DNA from: Torpedo marmorata
Taxonomy: Eukaryota
Direction of reading: 5' to 3'
NCBI GenBank assembly: GCA_977017645.1
Contig: OZ360253.1
Location: 34,534,001-34,598,000, forward strand
DNA: 64,000 bases
Shown here piece after piece: positions 1 to 12,600 of this stretch (positions within the stretch are counted from its first letter, which is position 1; each line of letters starts with the position of its first letter). The position numbers and the translations under genes were made by a program. The notes below the pieces were generated by a model that was not told where the DNA came from, searched no databases, and was given only the letters and a program-made list of their open reading frames with translations.

Positions 1-249
1 GTCGACACCGTGCCAACGCGCTGCCCCAGTCAGCACAAAGATAAAAATGACTGAATTGATGAACTGATGAATATACCTCCTCTGCATAACACCGTTTATG
101 CTACACACCACACACACGCACACAATCTATGTAAATAAATGCATAAAAATGCAAAGCAGGTGTTTCGGACAATCATTCAAAGTGGCACACTTTATGTGAC
201 GGATTGCAATGATGCTCAGGAAGCCAGTTCTCCCCGCACACAAGCATCA

Positions 250-510
250 GACCGATGCTCTCGACCTGGCGCAGGGGGCGGGATGTTGGGATGTTGAATG
301 CTTGCGGAGGGGTCTTGGTATTAGCCTCCTCCTCAGATCTGCCGGCTCCGGGTTGCTGGGAGCTTCACTGCGGTATTTCTGCGCGCACGCTGCTCTCGAC
401 GCCAGCCTCTCGCTCCGGCCCGTCTGCATTCACATCACGTCCTCGCCCCGCTGCCGCTCTCAATCTCTCGCCGCCCGTCGCCCCGCAGGTTCCTGAGGCT
501 CGCTCTCAAC
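250..510 (+). promoter_or_regulatory. CpG-rich CKMT1 promoter / 5'UTR region
   Basis: CpG-dense; GC box GGGGCGGG at 275-282; pyrimidine tract with cgcag| acceptor at 488/489 just upstream of the ATG. Confidence 0.5.
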
Positions 511-659
511 ATGGCCAGCACTTTCTCCCGGATTCTCAGCAACAGGAAGGCGAGCGGCATCTTGACCCTGGTGGGTGCCGGCTCTCTGGCGGCCGGTTAC
601 CTGATGACTTGGGACTGCGTGAAGGCAGGGACAGGGAAAATAAAACTCTACCCCCCCAG
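511..659 (+). CDS. CKMT1: CKMT1 coding exon 1 (mitochondrial transit peptide [16 protein letters not shown]...LYPP)
   Basis: ATG in aacATGg Kozak context; donor ag|gtaag at 660; 149 nt. Confidence 0.93.
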
Positions 660-3600
660 GTAAGAGGACAATGTAACCTCGGTAACCGGGAGAATAATAA
701 GTCGGTCAATCGATAATAGCTCATAGCTAAGGTAATTTCCTCATGATGGACGTCTAATTATTCTTACTTTTGGCAGGGTGTTCAGTTCCCATTGCCGCAA
801 CAGACCGGAGTTTACTTGAACGGCTCACCCCAAGGTCACACTAGCATAAACTGTATCCCACAGACCCGAAACACCCCTTCCCCTTCACTGAAACTGGCTG
901 GTGATTTCTATTCCGGTCAACGCCGAGAATTTAAATCCAATGTCGTCGCGTTAGACACGGTTTAACTCATTTCTAAATGGATTCCAAGAAGGGTGGTGAT
1001 TGATTAAGATTCAAACATCAATAACATCCCCGCACCTCCACTGAAATAAAGCTATTTTTAACCCTCTGTCACTGTTCATTTATCTCAATAAATGTCTCAA
1101 CGATTCACTTGCTGTTTCCTGCACTAATGCTGTCCCTCCAGACGTTGGGATCCGATACGGGTGACGAGGTACCGTGTCCGGCCAAGAGAAACGAGAGGGC
1201 TGGGGTTTAATTTGGGGGGAAATGCTGCAATATAAAGTGGAGGTTCCAGCTGGAGTGTTCCTGCATTAGCCGAGCTGCCGCTCTGATTTACAGCCCGTCC
1301 ATCTGTTCCCCGACTTGCGGTGAATCCGACATATGGCGTCGAGGCAGCATTAATATCGCCATAACCCCAGTAATCCGGAGGAAATCTTGGGCCACGATCA
1401 CAGCCACAATCTTCCAGAAAAGTAGCAAATCAAATTGGGGGGATAGAGCCAATTCACTGGGCTGTAACACTGGGCCATTGCTTCAGAGTGTTCAGATGCT
1501 GTCCTCGGTGATCTATAATTAGAGTAATTGACGTTTTATTCACCGTGCAGTTGTAAACTGAAATTTCATCTCACTGCATTTCATGTTCAGTGTTAGGATA
1601 AATCTGCGAGGAAGGAAACAGCGTTAAAATTCTACATCTATCACTCCAGGGAGATTTTCTCACAATATATTGCTAATACATCGGGCATATATTTATATCT
1701 CACTCAACTATTGGAGCACAATTATCAATAATTTGCAGTAAACATGTGAATAAAGGCCAGGTATTTCTACATCACCTTTCATATCCTCCGGATATCTACT
1801 GGCATTTTACATCCAATGAATACTTCACATTGTAGACACTGTTGTAATGTGTGTGTGTATGTATGTGTACATGTGTGTGTGTTTACAGTTATGGAATGGA
1901 TGCAGGTCAGTGGGACTAGCGGTATGATGTTTTCGGCACAGACTAGAAGGGCCGAATGGTCTGTTTTCTATGCTGTAGTGTTCTATGGTTCTGTGTGCGT
2001 GTGTGTGTATCTGTGTGAGTGTTTATGTGTGTGCATCTTGTGTGTATATACTCTATGTGTGTCTATGTGTGTCTATGTGTGTGTGTGTGTTTGCNNNNNN
2101 NNNNNNNNNNNNNNNNNNNNNNNNNNNNNNNNNNNNNNNNNNNNNNNNNNNNNNNNNNNNNNNNNNNNNNNNNNNNNNNNNNNNNNNNNNNNNNNNNNNN
2201 NNNNNNNNNNNNNNNNNNNNNNNNNNNNNNNNNNNNNNNNNNNNNNNNNNNNNNNNNNNNNNNNNNNNNNNNNNNNNNNNNNNNNNNNNNNNNNNNNNNN
2301 NNNNNNNNNNNNNNNNNNNNNNNNNNNNNNNNNNNNNNNNGTGNNNNNNNNNNNNNNNNNNNNNNNNNNNNNNNNNNNNNNNNNNNNNNNNNNNNNNNNN
2401 NNNNNNNNNNNNNNNNNNNNNNNNNNNNNNNNNNNNNNNNNNNNNNNNNNNNNNNNNNNNNNNNNNNNNNNNNNNNNNNNNNNNNNNNNNNNNNNNNNNN
2501 NNNNNATATGGGTCTCTGCAGCTTTAATTGACCAATCCAAGGTTGGATGGATAAGGCTCTAAGAATCCAACCATCCTAAAGGAATCCAATAAGAGTTTCA
2601 AGTCTTACTTCTGCTTATGAGCATCTACTCTGATACATTTAATGTACCAGCCCCAAGCAGTGCAATTCCCTCTCAACCACTGTGCCTCTCGCCTTCCCCC
2701 TCCTCCTCTCAGACACCATGTGCTAATATCTCCTTCACTGGCTCGTTGTCAACTTTCACAGTGAAGCACCTTCAGCATTTTAACTGTTTAAAGTTTCACA
2801 AAAATGTTGTGCTTGTGTCTTTATTCTGCTCGATGTTCTCAGTGCTGACTACCCTGACCTTCGGAAGCACAACAACTGCATGTCATCTTCCCTGACTCCT
2901 GGAATATACGCCAGACTTCGGGATAAAACTACATCTAATGGCTGGACCCTGGATCAGAGCATCCAGACTGGAGTGGACAACCCTGGACACCCTTTCATCA
3001 AGACTGTTGGCATGGTGGCAGGCGATGAGGAATCCTATGAGGTGATGGCTAAAATGTCTTCCATAGTTGGGCAGTGAGTGTGATCACAGAACCAGGACTC
3101 ATTTAAAAACAGACTAGTGTTTCTCCAACACCTTTGGCAACTCAGGACATCCAAAGGCATCTCACAATCCATGATGTGCTTAGTGTATAATAACTCTTGT
3201 AATAGACTAAGAACATCAGGAGCAGAAGTGGGACAGTCAACTCCTTGTGCTCTCTCCGCCGTTTAATAATGTCTTAGCTGATCCAATCTTGTCCACACCA
3301 CTTATCCTGTCTCCTTAGATTCTTTATCAACCTTGTAGTTTAAATTCATGTCCGCCTCTGCGGTGAATAGTTTCAATGATTCCACATTCACAGCTTTCCA
3401 GGGCAGGGAATTCTGAAGATTCTTATTCTTCTGAGAGATGAAATTCCTTCTAATCTCTGTCTGAAACAAATGACCCCCTTATTCTGAAACAATGATTTCA
3501 GATCAGATTTCAGATTTATTGTCAGACATCACATACAACCCTGAGATTCTTTTTCCTGCGGGTGAGGCAGAATTACCACTTATTGGTAGTGCAAAAAAAA

Positions 3601-6600
3601 AACTGCACACAGCGTAAACATGTAAACAAATAAAGAAACGTAAATAACTGACTGTGCAATACAGAGAGGAAAAAAATCAATAAAGTGCACAAGTAAGAGT
3701 CCTTAAAAGAGTCCCTGATTGAGTTGTTGTTGAGGAGTCTGATGGTGGAGGGGTAGCAGCTGTTCCTGAACCTGGTGGTGTGAGTCTTGTGGCACCTATA
3801 CCTCTTTCCTGATGGTAGCAGTGAGAACAGAGCGTGTGCTGGGTGGTGTGGATCCTTGATGATTGCTGCTGCTCTTCGACGGCAGCGTTCCCTGTAGATG
3901 TTCTCGATGGTGGGGAGGGTTTTGGCTGTGATGTCCTGGGCTGTGTCCACTACCTTTTGCAGGGCTTTACACTCAGGAGTATTGGTGTCCCCATACCAGA
4001 TCATGATGCAGCCGGTCAGCACACTTTTCACCACACCTCTGTAGAAATTTGCCAGGGTTTCCGATGTCATACCAAACCTCCGCAAACTCCTGAGGAAGTA
4101 GAGGCGCTGACGTGCTTTCTTCATGATGCCATTAGTGTGTTGGGTCCAGGAAAGATCCTCCGAGATAGTGGCTCCCAAGAACTTACATTTGCTCACCTTC
4201 TCCACCTCTGATCCCCCAATGATCACTGCATCGTACACCTCTGGTTTTCCCTTCCCGAAGTCAACAATCAGCTCCTTAGTTTTGGTGACATTGAGTGCAA
4301 GGTTGTTGTTGGTGCACCATTCAGCCAGGTTTTCAATCTCCCTCCTGTATGCTGACTTATCACTCCTTAGTTCCAGGCACCCTCGCTGAGAGAAACATCT
4401 TCTCAGCACTCATTCTGTCGATCCCCTCATAATATTTATGCTTAATTTAAATCACATCTAATTCTTTTATTATCCAAAGAGTAACAGTGAAAGCTGCTCA
4501 TCCATTTTTCATAAGTAAATGTCTTCACCCCAGGAATAAACCTGGTGAACCTTCCCTCCACTGCCTGCAATGTGGATCCTTCCTTAAAAATGTCAGTCCA
4601 GATTGGTGCTAAAGACTCTGGATTGGTGATTGGATCCATGACTGCACATACACGGCTTGGCACCCTGTGAGCTGTAGGTCCTTCAGAATGTCCTATGTGT
4701 CACTGGACTGAGTCCTCAATGATTTGAACTGGGTGGGATCTCAAGTTGTGCAATTGCTGGTGACTAATCTGCAACAGTTCTGTGTGTTGTGATTGCTTCC
4801 TCCTGTCATTAAGATGAGTTCCTTGGTGCTACCTCCAGGGAATGTTCCCTAATGCTGTCTTCTCCAATGGCGCAGGTCTTTGCTGACATTTTTGACCCTG
4901 TGATTGTGGAAAGGCACAATGGATATGATCCGAGGACCATGAAACACCCAACGGACTTGGATGCAAGTAAAGTGAGTGTAATTTTCAGTCTGACGGTCTT
5001 ACATTGAGGGCTTCTCCTTTGATTTCATTGACTTCCTCCAAGACAATTGGAAGCAAACTCGCTATCTCACTTTTCTGATTCTGAAGGGTCTTCCGAAACA
5101 TTGCCTGTTTCTCAATATTTCTCACCAGCTCTGTGGAACCACATGGGCTTTTCATCGCACCGTAGTACATGTGGCAACAAAAAATTGAAAACTTGGGGTC
5201 GATTCTATGCGTCACTTCTGGAGATACATGGAAGAGCCTTTGTTTCAGTCACACACAAGCCTCCTCCACCACTTCTTTCTCTTCTGTACTGATCAATGCC
5301 ACTTCCTGCTCTCCTGTACAAAACTCAAACCTTTGCCCCTGATATCTATTCTGCCCTTAGGTTTACATGGTCTATTTCTGCTCTACCTCAACATCTCTAT
5401 TTCCTTCTTTCCAAATCCAGATGCTCCCACGGATACCTTGATGCCAGCCTTCCAGTGATTAACCAGTCTCTCCTCCATTTCCATCACCTGCTCTCATCCC
5501 CATCTTGTCCCACCCAGAGCTAATCCATCCCACCTGCCTACACATACTCCATAACCTGCTCCCTTCAATGGGATTCCACCATCAGATACATCTTCCTCTC
5601 CTCTCCCCTTTCAGAATTCCACAGGGACCAGATTGTCCAAGTCTCACTGGGCAACTTTTCCATCTCCACCAATCACTCTCCTTCTCTTGACATTTTCCCA
5701 TGCAGCCATAATGCTCCTGTTCTCTGTCTTTCTAACACTGACAAAACAAAGTCCAGCACAAGCTCAAGATAAAGTATTTCATCTTCCAACCAGGTGGTTT
5801 GCAGCCCTTAGGACACAATCAACATTGCAATCGGCCATTTCAGATCATCAGCCATCTCAGCGTAGGTCTAAACTGGCTAGCTCAGAATCAGAATCAGAAA
5901 TTATTGTCATGAATAAGTCACAAAATTCTTGTTTTGTGGCAGCATCACAGTGCAAACATTTATACAAACCACCGTACAAAAATAAATAAAAATAGTGCAC
6001 AAAAAGTCCAAGTAAGGCAGTGTCTTTGGTTCATTGTTCATTCAGGAATCTGATGGCAGCGGGAAAGAATCTGCCCTTGTGCCGCTAAGTGCTCGTCTTC
6101 AGGCTCCTGTACCTTTTTCCCAATGGTAGTAGAGTGAAGAGGGCATGGCCTGGGTGGTGGGGGTCCTTGAGGATAGAGGCTGCCTTTTTTAAGACACCAC
6201 CTCTTGTAGATGTCCTCGATGGAGTGAAGTCACAGGCCGAGTTAACAACCCTCTGGAGTTTTCTCTTGTCCTGAGTGTTGGCACCTCCGTACCAGACAGT
6301 GATGCAACCAGTCAAAATGCTCTCCACGGTACACCTATAGAAGTTCTCGAGAGTCTTCGGAGACATACTGAATCTCCTCAAACACCTCACAAAGTATAGC
6401 CGCTTGTGAGCCTTCTTTGTGATTGCATCAACATGGAGGCTCCAGGACAGATCCTCAGAGATGTTGACACCCAGGAATTTGAAGTTCTGCTAAAAACTGT
6501 TGGAAGGTCTCACCCCGAAACATTGACCATCCCTTTTGCCTCCACAGATGCTGCCTGACCCACTAAGTTCCTCCAGCAGCTCGATTTCTGCTCCACATTC

Positions 6601-9600
6601 CAGTGTCTGCGAGCTGTTGTTGCTCTGGTGAAAGCTGATTGACTTGCAAAGTTACCTCAGTCCCACTCACTCCTCGAACTACGTCTGCCCCACCGAGTGA
6701 TTGTCTGGGTTTTGACAGCCCCCCTTGTTTCTGCCCATTTTTACAGATTAGAAGCGGACAGTTTGATGAGAATTACGTTCTGTCTTCCCGTGTGAGGACA
6801 GGCCGCAGTATCCGAGGGCTGAGCATGCCCCCCGCCTGCACCCGGGCTGAGAGGAGGCAGGTGGAGCAGGTGACTGTGGAAGCCCTGTCCGGGCTGAAGG
6901 GAGACCTGGCCGGAAGGTACTACAGCCTGAACAACATGTCGGAGAAGGAACAGCAGCAACTCATTGATGTAAGAAATGGAGCCAGCTCTTCGTCTCCATC
7001 AAGGGACTGGTGGCTGCTACAGTGGAGTTGCCAGTGTCCGGTTACTCTCCCAAGGGAGGGACACAGGGGTTAGACAGAGTACATATCCCTCTACACCATC
7101 CTGTCACTCTCCCAGGGGAGGGGACACAGGGGTTAGACAGAGTACATATCCCTCTACACCATCCTGTCACTCTCCCAGGGGAGGGGACACAGGGGTTCGA
7201 CAGAGTACATATCACTCTACACCATCCTGTCACTCTCCCAGTGGAGGGGACACAGGGGTTCGACAGAGTATATATCCCTCTACACCATCCTGTCACTTTC
7301 CCAGGGGAGGGGACACAGGGGTTAGACAGAGTACATATTCCTCTACACCAGTGGTTCTCAAACTAATTTGTTCCACTCACATACCACCTTGTAATCCCTT
7401 ACTAACCAGAGAGCACCTACGGCATAGGATGTCAAAGGTGCTCTGTGGTTAGTAAGGGATGATTTAAGGTGGTATGTGAGTGGGAAGAAAATGGTTGAGA
7501 ACCACTGCTCAATACCTTCATGCCACACACTCCCAGTATATCCCAGACATTCAAGTTCAGTCCAGATTCTGTGATCAAGGCTCTCACATCTGTAAGAGTT
7601 CAACCAGGAAAGGCTTTGGTTTTTTGCAAACCGATCATGACTCACAACACCATTCTGCTCCTTATTGTGGATCAGTTCACGGGGAGAGATTTCCTTGCAG
7701 TCATAGGACTAAGGCACATTGGTGGGGCGTAAACCCTACTTTGTATCCAGCTCTTGCTGTTGCTGGTATGATGTATTTGATAGGATAGTGTTGAAAGAGT
7801 TGTATTCTGTATCCAACCCACACGAACCCAGGGAGTTCGATCAAACACTGCAGAGGGACCTTTGTTATGTTAGGGTTAGCGTGAGGACACTGGACTGGAA
7901 GAGTGTGACAGGGTCCTGGTCTGGGAGAGTGTGACAGGGTCCCAGTCTGGGAGAGTGTGACAGGGTCCCGGTCTGGGAGAGTTTGACAGGGTCCTGGTCT
8001 GGGAGAGTGTGACAGGGTCCCGGTCTGGGAGAGTGTGACAGGGTCCCGGTCTGGGAGAGCGTGACAGGGTCAGGGTCCCAGTCTGGGAGAGTGTGACAGG
8101 GTCCCAGTCTGGGAGAGTGTGACAGGGTCCCGGTCTGGGAGAGCGTGACAGGGTCAGGGTCCCGGTCTGGGAGAGTGTGACAAGGATTGGATCCTGCTCT
8201 GGGAGAATGTGATATGAGAGTGAACCATGGTTATCCATGGTTTTCTATTCAACGCTAGTTTTGTTTCGATCATATTTGGTCCAGTCAACACTCATAGACG
8301 TTTCCTTCCCTAGGATCATTTCTTATTCGACAAGCCGGTGTCTCCTTTGCTGACCTCTTCTGGGATGGCCAGAGATTGGCCTGACGCCCGTGGCATCTGG
8401 TAAGTCCATTGGTCTAACTGCCCTGTCCACCTGTTCCAGTTATGTCTGGCCAAAACCGTCAGGGACTCCCCACTCCCCCTGCTCTCCTCTTCCTCCCCTT
8501 TCTCAGTTCCCCCACCTTCCCCAGATGACCTGCCCTCTTGTTTGCCCTTGTCTCTGTTCATTCCCCCTTTCCCACACCTTTCCCTGGTCCTAATGCTCCC
8601 CGGCCTTTGTACAAGGTTTGCTGCCATACGACCAGAAGCCAAGACACTCCACAACACGAGACCCAACTTTTATTTGGTAACCCAATAACATTTGTTCCAG
8701 TCATGTGATCAGACAAGGTCTGAGTTAGGGGGATGGGAGGTGGGTGTTGGGGAGAAGGTGACAATGGAGGGAAGGAGAGTACATTGAAATAAAGTAAAAG
8801 TTCAAAAATCCGGATACCAGAAATCCGGACCATCCGAGAATCCGGACTTCTCGAAAACTCTCAAACATTTAAAATTTAGCAGGCTTTTGTGTGCATGCGT
8901 GTGAGCGCAGGCTTTTGTGTGCATGCGTGTGAGCGCAGGCTTTTGTGTGCATGCGTGTGAGCGCAGGCTTTTTTGTGCATGCGTGTGTGCATAAATGCCA
9001 CAGATGCACAGAAGGCACAGAAATAAACGAATAAATATTTATACGTTTTTTTGTGCTTTGTATTTTATATGAAAAAATGTTTCGTTCATAAACTATCAAA
9101 ATTTATCTGTTCATCTCTTCCTTATTCTCCTTAAATTTGAATTTTAAAAGTACTGCCCGAGAATCCGGAAAATCTGAAAATCCAAAATGACCCTAATCCC
9201 CGAGCAGTCCGGATTTTAGGACTTTTACTCTATCAAGATGCTAAATCTGAGTTCAACACATTTGGGGGGATTTAATCACAAATGGCCTCAACAGTGGTGA
9301 TGATGGGGGTGATGTGAGGGTATTTCTGGGTATGAGCCCAGTCGCTGTGGAGGTTACCCTGCTCCCTCTCACTCTGCAGGCACAACAATGAGAAGACTTT
9401 CCTCATCTGGGTCAATGAGGAAGACCACACGCGAGTCATCTCCATGGAGAAAGGAGGAAACATGAAGAGGGTGTTTGAGAGGTTCTGCCGAGGTCTCAAA
9501 GAGGTGATTGAGATTCTGTGCATCAACCAAAGCTCCCGGAACCTGCATTGTGCAGTTCAAGCAGCTATTCACCCCATCACTCTTTGGTACAGTCATCCAC

Positions 9601-12600
9601 TCAGTCCCATTCCCCAAACTCTTTCCCACAGCCTCTTTCCCAAGCCTTCCCTATGTTTAAAGGGGATCATTAGAGAGTGGTGGGAGTGTGGAACGAGCTG
9701 CCAGCTGAAGTGGTGAATGCAGACTTGATTTTGACATTTGAGAATTCCCCCACAATGTGGGCATCTCTGGCAAGGCCAGCGTTTATTGCCCATTCCCAAT
9801 CACCCTTGAGAAAGTGATGGTAAGGGGCCTTCTTGATTTGTGAAGGTATTCCAACAGTTGCTGGGAATGAGACACAGGAATGGTGAGATAGTTCCCAGTC
9901 AGGATGCTGAGGGATTTAGAGGGAACAAGAAATCAAATACCATTTGCAGTTCCTGAAACTGTGAAGCAGTCCTTGCCCGCCTGCAGGATTGGCATGTGGT
10001 TGCTCACCCTGGAGGTAGGGGTTGCCGTGCGGGGAGTGATGGGTCCAGCCTGGGCCAGCGACTGCAGCAGATCTTGTGTGCATGGCGCAGCGGTGACGGA
10101 GAGAGTCGAGGACGCTGATTTGTCCGCGATGATGCTGAACTTCTTGAGCGGTATTGGAGCTACAAGTAGAGGGTATTCCATCCCACTGCTGACGTGGCTG
10201 GTCGTGGAAAGGCCCTGGGGTGTCGGAGGTGAGTCACGCTGCAGGATACCCAGCCTCACTCCAGAAACCTCTGTATCTCCACAGAGAAATACTGTAAAAA
10301 AAACCCCGGTATCCGGCACCTATGGGGATTGGTAGATGCCGGATAAGTGAATTTTCCAGTTGCTTGAGATTGCGTGTAGTGTGATTGGCGAACTAACCGC
10401 TGAGGATACCAATTTTAAACTTTTGTGTTTTTTACCTAGTGCATGTAATAGTTGATACCGTGTAAAAGTCGACCCCTTACTTTTGGCCCCGGTCGCCCAC
10501 CTATCCAAGACCCCAACGCCAGGAACAACGCAGGCACTTACCGCGGTCAAAAGTAGTATGCGTGTAATAGTCGACCCCCTAAATTTTACCCATAAAAAGG
10601 TCCACAAAATTTGACTAATACACGCGCATATACGGTATTTATTTTCCACGATTTATTTTGCTGATTGCTTGAATCCGGATACCAGGGGTTTTACTGTTCA
10701 AGAATTGCAGCCCAGGAATCTATGAGCAAACAATGAGAAGCAGAAGGGACTCGGGGTCAGGCAGCGTCCACGGATGGAGAGAAATGGTCAGTCAGTGTAT
10801 GAGGTTGGGAACCCTTTATCGATGCCTTCGTTGAAATGTTCACTGACTATTTATCACATGGACATTGCCTGACCACCTCCTGCCTCCCCCTCCCCCCCTC
10901 ATTTATGCAGTTGGTCTGGTTGAGTTTCCAGGGGTCTGCTGCTATATGGGCGGCACGGTTAGCATAGTTTGTTAGCGCAACACTGTACCAGCGCCAGCGA
11001 CCCGGGTTTGAATCCGGCGCTGTCTGTAAGGAGTTTGTATGTTCTCCCTGTGTCTGCGTGGGTTTCCTCCGGGGGCTCCGGTTTCCTCCCACCCTTCAAA
11101 ACGTACCGGGGGCTGTAGGTTAATTGAATGTAATTGGGCGGCATGGGCTCATGGGCCGAAAGGGCCTGTTACTGTGCTGTATGACTAAATTTAAAAAAAT
11201 AAAAATTGAGTCAATGTGGGTTTGGTGATGGTAACATCGTTATCTCAAGATTCTTTTATTGCCATGTAATAAAACAGATGTAATCTTACACAAAATTATA
11301 TTTAGTCTGCCGGAAGGCAGCCAAAGATTCACCATCAACAGAAATTGCCCGGTGCCCCTTACAGTCAGAGAAAGAGAAGCAAAAGAGAGTCCCATCAGAG
11401 TCGCTGAGTGTCCGTGGATTCATCTCCAGCGCTCCCGCAGCCTCTGCAGCCGCACAGACGATTCGTCGGCAACCCGAGCCCAGATCCGAACCTCCAACAC
11501 GATCAGGAAGCCTTCAGCTGGTACCCCTTCAGCCAGTCTCCAGCAGTCCGCCGCCTGGTGTGAGTCCTTTGACCGCAGTCGCCAGCAGCCCGCGTGGGTT
11601 CCTCGCCTCGAGTCACCGACAGCCCACCGCTTGTGCTCTTCAGCCGCAGAGCCCCTCTCTGGTCCGACACCGTGGTTACCGTCCTGTGGATCGTCTCCTC
11701 TGCTTCTCCTTCTCAAACAGGGGGTGGTCTCCCCGCTTTCTGGTGCCCTGCGCTAGTCCGCTGCTTCCCCGAGGCCGCTGTCGAGCACAGGCGTTGCCAT
11801 CTTGGGCCCAGACCCCACAGTCGCAGGATTTTAAAATAAAATAAACCATCGTCGGCTCCTTTAGCAAGCCATTTAAAGCCTGTACCGAGCCGTCAGTAGT
11901 TAAGCTGGGCAGTTGGACCCTGCGGAGAAGTGGTGTGTCTCCTCTCACTGCTCCCTGTGGGTCCGGACCAGCAGCAGCTCAGCAGAGCTGGTTAAACTCT
12001 GTCTCGTTGGAGATGGTCATTGCTGGCACGTGGGAGTTGTAAATGCCACTTGGCCTCAGGTTGTCCTGGACTCCTGAGGACAGACTGAGTTTCCTTCCGA
12101 GAAGCTGCAAGTGGAATGTAATTTCCAACAGTTCCAATTGCGCTGTGAAAGCAACTTCTCTCCCACCTCTTTGCTTTGTCAGTCGCTGCATTTAAAACCT
12201 GTGTTGCCCTGGTTACCAGTCCTCCTTCCATTGGGAACCCTTTCTTGACTCGGCAACGCTGGGTATTATGAATCTATTCTGGATGTGTCTTTTGTTCTGA
12301 CCCACTCACATCACCCCACCCCCGCCCCACCTCCCCTCCCCCACTCGCTCGGCAATTACAGTACCTCCTCTTCACATTCAGAAGCTGCCCTCTGTTCCCC
12401 GAGTCTCCTGCTGCCTGTGTCCTCCCTCCCAGGCTTGCGATTCTCGGCATCAGTTTGTCTCCCCGTTGGACAGGCTGGAGGAGGGGGTGAGGCAAGGACA
12501 AAGGGTCAGAGAGGGACTGAAGTCCCCTCCCGTGACAGGCGTCCCCACGGCCTCAGTGGACGTAACTGAACCATAGCGCGGAGGGAGGGATTTTCTCAGC

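Noticed and set aside
1816-2562. ORFs spanning N-runs (also 20923-21900)
   Set aside because: Artefacts of unknown bases and (TG)/(CA) repeats.
10949-11030. tRNA genes at the SINE heads
   Set aside because: These are the tRNA-derived heads of multi-copy V-SINEs and do not form complete cloverleaves.
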